DNA from: an archaeon
GTDB taxonomy: Archaea; Iainarchaeota; Iainarchaeia; Iainarchaeales; CSSED10-239
Length of the DNA stretch: 30,535 bases
Reading direction: 5' to 3'
Assembly (NCBI GenBank): GCA_041677685.1
Contig: JBAYPN010000008.1
Span: 1 to 30,535 of the forward strand
Shown here: piece by piece, positions 17,387 through 26,086 of the stretch
Position numbering within the stretch: the stretch's first letter is position 1
Layout of the letters: each line of letters begins with the position of its first letter
The notes under the pieces: generated by a model
Database searches by the model: none
The model's input: only the letters and a program-made list of their open reading frames with translations
Told to the model about the DNA's origin: nothing
Program-made: the position numbers and the translations under genes

Positions 17387-19075
17387 TTACTTTTTTATTC
17401 TTTCATTTAAATATTTCATATTCTCATTCATTTTTTCTATGTTCTTGTCAATTACAGCAATAAATTGTTTTTTAAAATTATCAAGTTCATCAATTTTTTC
17501 TTGTAACACATCTGCAAGTACCAACTTTTCCTGAAGTTTACTTTCTGCTTTTTTAATATCATTCATTTTGGATCTAAATTCTTGATTTATTGATGATTCA
17601 TATAGCTTTAGAGATTGGCTTATTTTTTCATCAATTGAGATAAGCAAGTCTTCTTCAAAGATTTTTAGTTCTCTTAATTTTCTGGTTATTTTTTCAGGAT
17701 CAGTTTTTTCTGCAATTTCTGTTCTTACTTTTTTAATTTCCTCTAGTTCCTTTTCAATTTGTTTAGTCATTGCATTTTTTGCTTTATTTAAAAATTCAAT
17801 TTTTACATTTTCAAATCTTTCTTCAAATCTGTTTGACAGGGTTAACTTAAAATTATCTAATTCTTCTAATTTTGAGTACAGCTTTTTTGGATCAATTTGT
17901 GATCTTATGTTTTTCTCAAATTCCACCAACTCTCTAATTTGTTGTTCTACACTTTGTTGTGTGTTTTTTACAAGCCCCTGTGTTATTCTAGATTGTAGTG
18001 CAAGGGTTGTATTTATTTCTTTAATTTTATCATTTAGTTTTGTTGTAATTGTAGAGATTATTTGTGTGATATTTTGTTGAGTTTCAACAATTATTTTTTT
18101 AGTTTTTTCTTTATTATCAATCAGGTTACTATTGATCGCTATATTTTTAGCTTCTGCATTTTTAATTAATTCATTTAATTTATCTTTACTTTCTTCAATT
18201 GTTGAAATTTTATTATTTAACTTGGCTTCAATTATTTTAAACTTTGCAAGTTCTGTTATTACTTTTGTGTTTATTTGGCTTTTTTCTTTTGATAGAACTT
18301 CTGTGATGTTATCAAATAACATTTGTTTACTTGAAAGCTGTATAGTGTTAATTTTTTTTATCTCTGAAGATAGTTTTTGTTTTAAGTCTTCTTCAAATTT
18401 TTTTTGTTTAAATTCTAGTTCATTTAATTTACTATTGATTGTTGTAAGTATTCCTGTTTGCCAAACAGAATCATAATTTTCTTGGGTAGGTTCTATGTTG
18501 TCAAAAGTGTTTTTTTGTTCAAAATTAAGATTATCAAATTTAGGTGGAGATATAGTTTCTTCTTTGTAATCTTCATTTTCAAACTTTGGTAAAGGTATAG
18601 TATCTTCTTCAAAGCTATTAAATTTTGGTGTTGGGAGTGTTATACTCTCATCAGTATCTATTTTTAAATCAGGCATTTTAGTTTCTGTTTTTATAATAGG
18701 GATTTCTGTTCTTTTTTTCTCTTCTTTGCTTGTAAAAAAGTCTATTGGTATTTCATTTTGTTTTTTAGTTTCTATAGTGTTAGTATTTTCTTGTTCTTTA
18801 GTTTTAGAAGTAATATTTTCTTTTTTGTTTTCACTTTCTTCTTTTATTTTATGATCTTCACTTTCTTTTTTTACCTTATTACTTTCTTCTATCTTTTCTT
18901 TTACTTTATAATCTTCATTTTTCGGTTTATTTTTCTCTTCAGTTTTATCAATTAGTTTTTGGCTATCTTCTTTTGATAGACCTATCTTTACAAGGTTATC
19001 AATTATTTCTTCATTTGTCATTCCAAGTTCTTTTAACTTAATAATATTTTCAATGACTCTATCATCAGCGATCAT
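17387..19075 (-). CDS. hypothetical long coiled-coil protein
   Basis: 562 aa. Small helical N-domain (residues 1-45), a K/E-rich linker with three PxPKF[DEN] motifs, then about 360 aa of heptad-rich sequence. No TM and no P-loop. Its start overlaps the adk stop (ATGA). Confidence 0.6.
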   Translation of the reverse strand: MIADDRVIENIIKLKELGMTNEEIIDNLVKIGLSKEDSQKLIDKTEEKNKPKNEDYKVKEKIEESNKVKKESEDHKIKEESENKKENITSKTKEQENTNTIETKKQNEIPIDFFTSKEEKKRTEIPIIKTETKMPDLKIDTDESITLPTPKFNSFEEDTIPLPKFENEDYKEETISPPKFDNLNFEQKNTFDNIEPTQENYDSVWQTGILTTINSKLNELEFKQKKFEEDLKQKLSSEIKKINTIQLSSKQMLFDNITEVLSKEKSQINTKVITELAKFKIIEAKLNNKISTIEESKDKLNELIKNAEAKNIAINSNLIDNKEKTKKIIVETQQNITQIISTITTKLNDKIKEINTTLALQSRITQGLVKNTQQSVEQQIRELVEFEKNIRSQIDPKKLYSKLEELDNFKLTLSNRFEERFENVKIEFLNKAKNAMTKQIEKELEEIKKVRTEIAEKTDPEKITRKLRELKIFEEDLLISIDEKISQSLKLYESSINQEFRSKMNDIKKAESKLQEKLVLADVLQEKIDELDNFKKQFIAVIDKNIEKMNENMKYLNERIKK

Positions 19076-19638
19076 AAGCCAACCTTTTTTAATTTTATTT
19101 TTATTTCTGCAGCAACATTTTCAATTGTTTTATTTCCATTGATTTTTATTAATTTATTTTTTTTATCATATCTTTCAATTACAGGTTTAGTTTCTTTAAA
19201 ATAATTATATAATCTTGTTCTTATTGCTTTTGGGGTGTCATCCTCTCTTTTTCTTAGAACCAATCTTTTTATACATTCCTTCTCTGTTAGATTAATATAT
19301 ATGATTCCTAAAAAATTTATATTTTCTGTATATATAAAATAATCTAAGACATGTACTTGTTCCATTTGTCTAGGAAAACCATCAATCAATATATTTTTTG
19401 ATTTAGTTTTTTTTAATTTTTCATATAATAATTTGCATGTTATCTCATAAGGTACAAGGTTACCTTCTAACATAATTTTATTAATTTGTAAACCAACTTT
19501 TGTTTTTTTCTTAACTTCTTCTTTTAGAAGATTACTTTGTATAATTTGTTTAAATTTAAATTCATTTTCAATAATTTTTGCTTGTGTACTTTTACCACTT
19601 CCTTGTGGTCCAAGGATGATGAGAAGATTTTTTTTCAT
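19072..19638 (-). CDS. adk: adenylate kinase family nucleoside-monophosphate kinase, short-lid type
   Basis: 188 aa. P-loop ILGPQGSGKSTQ, LIDGFPR motif, short lid RKREDDTPKAIRTRL without Cys4. Classical Adk family, not the archaeal AdkA type. Confidence 0.8.
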   Translation of the reverse strand: MKKNLLIILGPQGSGKSTQAKIIENEFKFKQIIQSNLLKEEVKKKTKVGLQINKIMLEGNLVPYEITCKLLYEKLKKTKSKNILIDGFPRQMEQVHVLDYFIYTENINFLGIIYINLTEKECIKRLVLRKREDDTPKAIRTRLYNYFKETKPVIERYDKKNKLIKINGNKTIENVAAEIKIKLKKVGL

Positions 19639-19752
19639 AGTGATGCTCTTTTTAATTTTTTTGTTTATAAATATATATATAATTATAACTTGTTACTAAA
19701 ATAGTTGTATGTTGTATTTAAAAATGTTTTTCTTTAAGTTATTTTATTTTCT

Positions 19753-19827
19753 AGGCCGGTAGCGAAGTCTGGATATCGCACAAGCCTCCTAAGCTTGGGA
19801 TCGTGGGTTCAAATCCCACCCGGTCTG
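19753..19827 (+). tRNA. tRNA-Arg (anticodon CCU)
   Basis: Hand fold: AGGCCGG TA GCGA AGTCTGGATA TCGC A CAAGC CTCCTAA GCTTG GGATC GTGGG TTCAAAT CCCAC CCGGTCT G. All stems pair (one G-U). No full CCA is encoded. Confidence 0.9.
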
Positions 19828-19991
19828 CCTTATACTTTCAATTGTTAAAGGGGTTTTCATTTTTAAAAAATTTAATAATACTTAATTTTAATAATTACCT
19901 TAGTTCTAAATTTAAAGTTGTATTTTTAATTAATTATTTAAATTGTATATTTTCTAAAAATAGTATTTCTGTGTAATTTACCACAATAACC

Positions 19992-20005
19992 TTTATAAAT
20001 ACTTT
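19992..20005 (+). promoter_or_regulatory. candidate BRE/TATA promoter (TTTATAAATACTTT)
   Basis: Strong TATA-like element about 150 nt upstream of the acidic small ORF. The identical 14-mer recurs at 24943-24956 upstream of the PHP-like gene. Confidence 0.3.
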
Positions 20006-20060
20006 CGCTATTTTCTTGCTTGCAAATACATTTAAAAACACATGCGTGACTTGAAATATT

Positions 20061-20082
20061 TATCAATAATAAACTATTGATA
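20061..20082 (+). promoter_or_regulatory. perfect 8-bp inverted repeat in the leader (TATCAATA-n6-TATTGATA)
   Basis: Read directly. It lies between the candidate TATA and the GGAGG SD of the acidic ORF. It could be an operator site or an RNA hairpin. Confidence 0.3.
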
Positions 20083-20153
20083 CCTTAGTTTATTATAAGG
20101 GTTATAGGTTAAGTTCTAATCTATAATAAAAAAAATTGGAGGATTGATCTATC

Positions 20154-20324
20154 ATGGCAAAAAATGAAAAATGGGATGATGATTACGATGACGATGAATA
20201 TGTGGATGACGATGATTACAAGCCCAAACAATCTGATAAAAAACCAGTAAATAAAAACAAGAAAGTTTATGAAGAAGAAGATGACGAAGACTTTTATGAC
20301 GATGATGACGATGAAGAATACTAA
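20154..20324 (+). CDS. unannotated hyper-acidic 56-aa protein
   Basis: Own translation: MAKNEKWDDDYDDDEYVDDDDYKPKQSDKKPVNKNKKVYEEEDDEDFYDDDDDEEY, TAA stop. GGAGG lies 11 nt upstream of the ATG. 27 of 56 residues are D/E and 8 are aromatic. Below the track cutoff. Confidence 0.5.
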   Translation: MAKNEKWDDDYDDDEYVDDDDYKPKQSDKKPVNKNKKVYEEEDDEDFYDDDDDEEY

Positions 20325-20387
20325 ATATGATAGATAATTAGTTTTTTACCAAAATACGTTTTAATAAAAAAAAAGAGGGAAATTGAA

Positions 20388-20489
20388 ATGGTTCAAAAGA
20401 AAAAAGCTGAAAAGAAAGTAGCTGCACCAAAAGCTAGTGCAAAACCTAAAAAATCAACAAAAAAGAAATAATTCAAAAATTAGGTTTTA
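20388..20489 (+). CDS. unannotated basic 33-aa peptide
   Basis: Own translation: MVQKKKAEKKVAAPKASAKPKKSTKRNNSKIRF, TAG stop. AGAGGGA SD-like sequence 7 nt upstream. The stop abuts a hairpin plus T-tract. Confidence 0.4.
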
Positions 20490-20535
20490 GAAGATAAAAG
20501 TGTATCTTTTATCTTTTTCTCTTTCTTTTTCTCTT
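20488..20535 (+). terminator. stem-loop plus T-rich tract terminating the small-ORF unit
   Basis: AGATAAAAG (20491-20499), loop TGTAT, CTTTTATCT (20505-20513): a perfect 9-bp stem extendable by 2-3 pairs. It is followed by TTTTTCTCTTTCTTTTTCTCTT. Confidence 0.5.
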
Positions 20536-20613
20536 GGTCTATAAAAATTAAGTTTAAAAATACTTGCTACTTCTTAATATACTATATTAAATATAAAATT
20601 AATTAGATATGTT

Positions 20614-22062
20614 ATGAGTTACAATTGGAATTACAGAAATGTTTTAAAAACAACTGGAGAAATTTTACAGTATAGTAGTTTTATTCATCTTCTACCTATA
20701 ATCTTAAGTTTATTTTTTAAAGAAGGTTTATTTGTAACAAATACCTATATTTTAATATTTTTATTACAATTTACTTTTGGTTTACTTTTAGCAAGATTAG
20801 TTAAATCAAAACCTCTTTTTGGAATAACTACTTCTCAATCATTAATTGTTGTAATTTTAGTTTGGTTACTTTTCACATTCTTTTGTGCATTACCTATTTA
20901 TTTTTTATCACCTATGGGTTTGTTTGATTCTTTCTTTGAAGCCATGTCTTTATTAACAACTACAGGTCTGTCACTTTATGAAAATATTTTTGTATTTAAA
21001 AGTTTACTTGTTTGGAATTCTTTTGTGTCTTGGATTGGTGGACTTGGAATAATTATTCTTGCTTTTCTTGGATTTACAAAAGGGCTAGCAGCAGGTTCAA
21101 CAAAAGTAGTTATGGCTGAGGGACATGAGAGATTAAGACCAAGCATTAAAAAAACAGTTTTTAATTTATGGGTAATCTATCTATTACTTACAGTTGTTGG
21201 AGTTGCTTTACTAAAAATATTTGGAATGACACTTTTTGATGCCTTTAATTATTCAATGTCTGCGATATCAACAACTGGACCTCCATACGGTTCAGAAAGC
21301 TTAGCCTTAGTAATAACTCCAGTAATCAGTTTAATTTTAATTTTTATAATGTTATTAGGTGCAACCTCTTTTATCTTACATTTTAAAGCTCTACAATATA
21401 GAAAGAAAAATCTACTTGTTTATTTAAAAGATAAACAATTTTTAGGTATGTTAACAATTATTTTTATTGCTTTTATTTTGTGTGTTATAAAGTTAGGAGG
21501 TAAACATAGCTTAATTGATTTACTTTTAAATGTTGTAAGTTTTATAACAGGAGGAGGAATAACTACTTTTTCTTCAAACATCTTAGTTAGCCTATCTCCA
21601 TTTATCTTGTTAATATATTTTGGTCTAATGTTTATTGGTGGATCAAGTAATTCTACAACTGGTGGAATAAAAGTTGAAAGATTTGTTTTATTTTTAAAAT
21701 CAATTTTTTGGAAGATAAAAGAAACTACTCTCCCAGACATTGCTTATTTTCCAAAAAAATATAATGGAGAGATTATTGAAAATTCAAAAATTAGAGCTGT
21801 GTATTTTTTAATATTAATTTATTTCTTTTTTATTCTTTTAGGTATATTTGTATTTGTATTTAATGGTTATGGATTAACAGAAAGTACATTTGAAGTAATG
21901 TCTGCACAAAGCACAGTTGGTATTAGTTCAGGAATTACATCATTTGATATGCCTTTTGCTACAAAATTAATGTTAGTAATTAATATGTGGGTGGGAAGAC
22001 TTGAAATAATTCCAGTCTTAGCAGTCATTGGCATAATTTTTTCAAGAAAATATAATGTTTAA
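20614..22062 (+). CDS. trkH: potassium uptake protein TrkH/KtrB family
   Basis: 482 aa polytopic protein. Four pore-loop glycine motifs (LLTTTGLS, SAISTTGP, NSTTGGIK, QSTVGISSG). Confidence 0.85.
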   Translation: MSYNWNYRNVLKTTGEILQYSSFIHLLPIILSLFFKEGLFVTNTYILIFLLQFTFGLLLARLVKSKPLFGITTSQSLIVVILVWLLFTFFCALPIYFLSPMGLFDSFFEAMSLLTTTGLSLYENIFVFKSLLVWNSFVSWIGGLGIIILAFLGFTKGLAAGSTKVVMAEGHERLRPSIKKTVFNLWVIYLLLTVVGVALLKIFGMTLFDAFNYSMSAISTTGPPYGSESLALVITPVISLILIFIMLLGATSFILHFKALQYRKKNLLVYLKDKQFLGMLTIIFIAFILCVIKLGGKHSLIDLLLNVVSFITGGGITTFSSNILVSLSPFILLIYFGLMFIGGSSNSTTGGIKVERFVLFLKSIFWKIKETTLPDIAYFPKKYNGEIIENSKIRAVYFLILIYFFFILLGIFVFVFNGYGLTESTFEVMSAQSTVGISSGITSFDMPFATKLMLVINMWVGRLEIIPVLAVIGIIFSRKYNV

Positions 22063-22090
22063 AAATTTATAAAAAGGAGTGTGAAACAAT

Positions 22091-22747
22091 ATGTATATTA
22101 TTGTAATTGGAGCAGGGAATATTGGTTATTATGTAACTCAAATTTTAGCTTCTGAAAATCATGATGTTATTGTTATTGAAAAAGACTTAGAGAAGAGCAC
22201 AAAAGTATCAAATGAACTTGATGTGCTAAGCATCCATGGGGATGCAACAGAACTTTCAGTTCTTCAAAAGGCAGGAATTGAAGGTGCTGATGTTATTGTT
22301 TGTTTGACAGAGTTGGATGAGATCAATTTAGTAATTGGATTAATTGCAAAGGAGCTAGGCGTAAAAACTGTTGCTGCATCTTTAAGTAAAGTACATTATC
22401 AACAACATGTTTTAAAAAAATTAGGAATTGATGTTGTTATTCATCCTGAAGCTGCTGCTGCTGGTTACATTTCTCAATTAATAACTCAACCAGATGTTTT
22501 AGATTTAAGTTTCTTTTCAAAAGGAGATGCAGAGATTGTAGAATTAACAATTAATGATAAATCAAAATTTATTGGAAAAACAGTTTCTAAATTTAATGAC
22601 CATATTCCTGGAGATACAAGAGTAATTGGGATGTATAAGTTAGGAAAGTTTATGTTCCAAACAGATAAAACAATTTTAGAGAAGGGAGACAAATTACTTG
22701 TAATTTCTAAAAAGAACCAAGTAAAGAGTGTAAGAAAACTTCAATAG
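22091..22747 (+). CDS. trkA: potassium transporter regulatory subunit TrkA/KtrA (RCK: TrkA-N plus TrkA-C)
   Basis: 218 aa. Rossmann motif IIVIGAGNIGYYV...VIVIEKD. The C-terminal TrkA-C-like part has GDKLLVISKK. AGGAG SD upstream. Confidence 0.85.
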   Translation: MYIIVIGAGNIGYYVTQILASENHDVIVIEKDLEKSTKVSNELDVLSIHGDATELSVLQKAGIEGADVIVCLTELDEINLVIGLIAKELGVKTVAASLSKVHYQQHVLKKLGIDVVIHPEAAAAGYISQLITQPDVLDLSFFSKGDAEIVELTINDKSKFIGKTVSKFNDHIPGDTRVIGMYKLGKFMFQTDKTILEKGDKLLVISKKNQVKSVRKLQ

Positions 22748-22854
22748 TTTTCTTTTATTCTTTTAATTGATAATAGAGAATGTGGTGTTAGAATTTAAAA
22801 AATAATTATTGAAACTAAAAAATTTCCTAAAAACATTTATTTCTAAGCCTTCAA

Positions 22855-23595
22855 TTAAGATTTTTCTTTATTTCCGAAATGGACTGCAAAGGTAGTTCTG
22901 TAGGTTCTTTGACCTTCTTTATTAAGACCAACTAAGGTCTTAGAGGTATTAAAGTTGATTGCTGTTTTGTGCTTCATTAGATGTTGGACAAGATTATAAG
23001 CTAACTTTAAGTTATCAAGATACAAGTCAAACCCAGTCTTTTGTTTAACTTCTTTAACAATATGTAAGTTTGCTGAGGGTTTTGCACTTCTAGAGTTTAG
23101 ACTATTTTTTATACTTTCAATTTCTGAGTAGATTTTTGGAGAAAGAATCTTTTGTAATTTCTTGTCATTAAACCTAATTTGTAAAATTGTTGTATAATAG
23201 TTTCCTGCAATTCTTGAGCAAATAACACACGTATCTTTTTTAACAACAACATCAACATCTTTTTCAATATTTTTAAATGTTCCTGAAATTATAGTTTTAA
23301 CAATTATCTTTGCAGTGTAATTATTTTTTTCAAAATCTAAATCTAATTTTACTAGGATTTTAGACTTTGGGATATCTTTTACCTTAATGTGTTTTGCAAT
23401 ATCTCTTTCAATATCTTCTAAGTTATCATACCACTTATTTGTGTATCTAATTCTGTTACACTTTACACAAAAGATAATTTCTATTTCAGGTATAATAATT
23501 ATATCATTATCTTTAAGGTAACAATTAATACAGAAATTATTAATCATTTCCTCTTCTTTAATTTCCTTTCCACATTTAGGGCAAAATCTATTCAT
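22855..23595 (-). CDS. NMD3-family protein (short archaeal form)
   Basis: 246 aa. N-terminal Cys clusters CPKC-x13-CINC-x17-CVKCNRIRYTNKW match the NMD3 zinc-binding N-domain pattern. The start overlaps the upstream stop (ATGA). Confidence 0.6.
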   Translation of the reverse strand: MNRFCPKCGKEIKEEEMINNFCINCYLKDNDIIIIPEIEIIFCVKCNRIRYTNKWYDNLEDIERDIAKHIKVKDIPKSKILVKLDLDFEKNNYTAKIIVKTIISGTFKNIEKDVDVVVKKDTCVICSRIAGNYYTTILQIRFNDKKLQKILSPKIYSEIESIKNSLNSRSAKPSANLHIVKEVKQKTGFDLYLDNLKLAYNLVQHLMKHKTAINFNTSKTLVGLNKEGQRTYRTTFAVHFGNKEKS

Positions 23596-24908
23596 AACAA
23601 TTTAATTGTATCTCCAACCTTAGGATTAAAAACTTCATAACCTTTATTTTCTAAAGTCTTTTTAAATTCAAGGATAACATCTGAGTCCCCATGAACAGTA
23701 ATTATCTTTTTAGGTTTAACTAGATCAACTAGCTCCAATAGTTCCTTTTCATCAGGATGTGCAGACAAAGATACATGTTCAACTTTACACTTTGGTTGGA
23801 AAAGCTCTCCATCAATATACAATTTTCCTGTTGTTTCTAGTCTGTGACCATTTGTACCCTTTACTTGGTAACCTGTAAGTATTATTTTAGTACTTGGGTC
23901 TTCTCCAAATTCCTTAATATACTGTATAATTGGTCCACCTTCAAGCATTCCTGCAGTTGTTATAATTATTGCTGCTTTATTACTTTTTAGAACTTTCTTT
24001 CTAACTTTATAATTTGAAATAAATTCAATTCTATTTATTGCATTTTTAAATTCTTTATAGTCATTAAAATATTCTGGGTAATCTAAAAAAACCTTAGCTA
24101 CCTTTATCCCCATTCCATCAACATAGATAGGTGCTTCAATTTTATATTTATGCATTAATGCAATTAGTTCTTGTGTTCTTTCAATTGCAAAAGCTGCAAG
24201 TATTACTTTTCCATTTTTTTCAATACTTTCAAGAACAGAGTTTATAATTTTTTTTTCTTTCTCTTCTCTTGCTTCATGTGAGGTATCCCCATAAGTACTC
24301 TCCATAATCAAGTAGTCTACTTTTGGTAAGTTTCTATCATACCCTGGAAAAAGAATACTTTTAGATGCTCTAAAATCCCCAGTGTACATTATCTTTTTAC
24401 CTTGCATCTCAAGAACAGAAATCACACTACCCACAATATGTCCAGCATCATAAAATGTTAGTTTTACGTTTTCTGAAATTTCTGTAGTCTTTTTTAAATC
24501 TAAATAGAATGCAGAATCATATGCTGTTGCAATTTGTTCTTTTTGAAAGAATGGCTCTTTTTTATCATACTTTGCAATCTTAAGAGTATCCAACCATAAG
24601 ATATTTGAAAGATCTAAAGTTCCTTCTGTTAAAAAAAGATTAGGTTCATCCTTTTTAAATAGAAAAGGAATATTTCCAGAATGATCTAAGTGAGCATGAC
24701 TTAATATCACAGCATCAAGATACTCTTTTATTTGTAGAGGTTGTTCTGTATATCTTTCTGAATCTATTTTTTTAGAGTCTGCTTTTCCTAAGTATTTTGG
24801 GTGCAATTTTAAACCATAATCAAACAATATATTTTCATCATCTGTTTGAATTAAAAATCCACTTCTCCCAACTTCTTGTCCAGCTCCTAGACATTTTAAT
24901 TTTATCAA
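23592..24908 (-). CDS. beta-CASP metallo-beta-lactamase RNase without KH domains (aCPSF2-like)
   Basis: 438 aa. LGAGQEVGRSGFLI, HAHLDHSGNIP (HxHxDH), DAGHIVGS, ESTYGD, and C-terminal SAHPD and VHGD motifs. It appears to use a TTG start preceded by GGATGTGA. Confidence 0.8.
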   Translation of the reverse strand: MIKLKCLGAGQEVGRSGFLIQTDDENILFDYGLKLHPKYLGKADSKKIDSERYTEQPLQIKEYLDAVILSHAHLDHSGNIPFLFKKDEPNLFLTEGTLDLSNILWLDTLKIAKYDKKEPFFQKEQIATAYDSAFYLDLKKTTEISENVKLTFYDAGHIVGSVISVLEMQGKKIMYTGDFRASKSILFPGYDRNLPKVDYLIMESTYGDTSHEAREEKEKKIINSVLESIEKNGKVILAAFAIERTQELIALMHKYKIEAPIYVDGMGIKVAKVFLDYPEYFNDYKEFKNAINRIEFISNYKVRKKVLKSNKAAIIITTAGMLEGGPIIQYIKEFGEDPSTKIILTGYQVKGTNGHRLETTGKLYIDGELFQPKCKVEHVSLSAHPDEKELLELVDLVKPKKIITVHGDSDVILEFKKTLENKGYEVFNPKVGDTIKLL

Positions 24909-25084
24909 GTTATCACATCCGTTTTTGTGTATTTTTGTTATATTTATAAATACTTTGTATAATTTATATTTAATTATAATAATATAATAAATTCATATAT
25001 AGAATATATAAATAGATATATATTTAAAGAGCAAAAATTATATATAAGTATCTCTAAAACTTAAAAATTTAAAAAGAGGAAAAA

Positions 25085-25996
25085 ATGCTTTACAATTTAG
25101 ATCTACATACTCATTTTAAAGTAAGGACTAAATCTCCAAGAAGATATTGGTCAAAAGTAATTTCAGAAAATCTTTTAGGAACAGCCATAACTGAGTATAA
25201 CTTTTCTAACCCTAAAAAAGCATATTTTGATCTAATTACAAGAAAACCAAAAGACAAGATCTTAATTCCAGGAATGAAAATAAAAACAGATGGTGGAGAG
25301 GTTCTAATTTTTTCAGAGTCTCCAGACATTTACAATTATAGTTTATTATATGAGGATAACATTTCTTTAAACAGACTGATTGATTTTTGTAAGAAAAAAA
25401 ATTACTTAATCTCAATTGCACATCCATTTGGATTAATTTCAAATTCTGCAACATACATTCTAGGTTTAAATAAATTAGAAAAAATAATTAAAGAAAAAAA
25501 GATTGGTGTAGAGGCGTACACAGGAACAATTGGTTATTTGTCTTATTATTTGTTTGATTCTTTCTTTTTAAGGAAATTAAGAGTGTTATTAGATTTTTTG
25601 GAACTACATAAGATGTTTAAAGTTATTGGGCTTTCAGAAATTAGTGAGTTTTTTACACAAAAGCTAGATCAGAAAAGTTATGATATTGTTTATAAATTTG
25701 AAGCAGCAATCAAGCTTGGAAAGATTGCAAGTTACATTACTGCAGGGTCAGGTAGCACAGAAATTAACTCCATAGGCAGTGGGGTAGTTACTCTTGATCT
25801 TCCAAAAAGCCTAATTGAAGAGAAAGATGAGCTTATAAGAAATAAATTAATATTAAATAGAATAAGTAAGAAAAAAATAAAAACTGTTGGTCCACCAGGC
25901 AACTACACAGACAAACTGTTCCAAAGATCGACTGCAAGGAAAACAAAAAGAAAAGCATATGTGGATTTAATGTATTTAACTAAGAGGTCTGTATAG
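25085..25996 (+). CDS. PHP-domain-like protein with degenerate metal-binding motifs
   Basis: 303 aa. LDLHTHF (motif I), ISIAHPFG and GVEAYTG resemble PHP phosphoesterases. The positions expected as TDH and GSDAH read TEY and GSGST. Confidence 0.4.
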   Translation: MLYNLDLHTHFKVRTKSPRRYWSKVISENLLGTAITEYNFSNPKKAYFDLITRKPKDKILIPGMKIKTDGGEVLIFSESPDIYNYSLLYEDNISLNRLIDFCKKKNYLISIAHPFGLISNSATYILGLNKLEKIIKEKKIGVEAYTGTIGYLSYYLFDSFFLRKLRVLLDFLELHKMFKVIGLSEISEFFTQKLDQKSYDIVYKFEAAIKLGKIASYITAGSGSTEINSIGSGVVTLDLPKSLIEEKDELIRNKLILNRISKKKIKTVGPPGNYTDKLFQRSTARKTKRKAYVDLMYLTKRSV

Positions 25997-26023
25997 AATA
26001 ATTTTTATAAAATATTACATAGG

Positions 26024-26066
26024 TTCTCTTTTTAGAAATGCAATTAAATTTGTTTTAAAAAGAGAA
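26024..26066 (+). terminator. 10-bp perfect inverted repeat between the PHP-like gene and the peptidase gene
   Basis: TTCTCTTTTT (26024-26033) and AAAAAGAGAA (26057-26066), separated by 23 nt. Possible terminator, attenuator or operator. Confidence 0.3.
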
Positions 26067-26086
26067 TTAAATTTATTTGAGAAACT

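Noticed and set aside
19640-19752. Specific TATA assignment for tRNA-Arg and adk in the shared intergenic region
   Set aside because: Several overlapping TATA-like strings (GTTTATAAATATATATAT, TATTTAAAAA) occur at imperfect spacing. I cannot choose one without TSS data.
19753-20153. tRNA-Arg as an integration site for a mobile element carrying the small ORFs
   Set aside because: No integrase, no direct repeat of the tRNA 3' end, and no compositional change were seen downstream. trkH-trkA follow directly.
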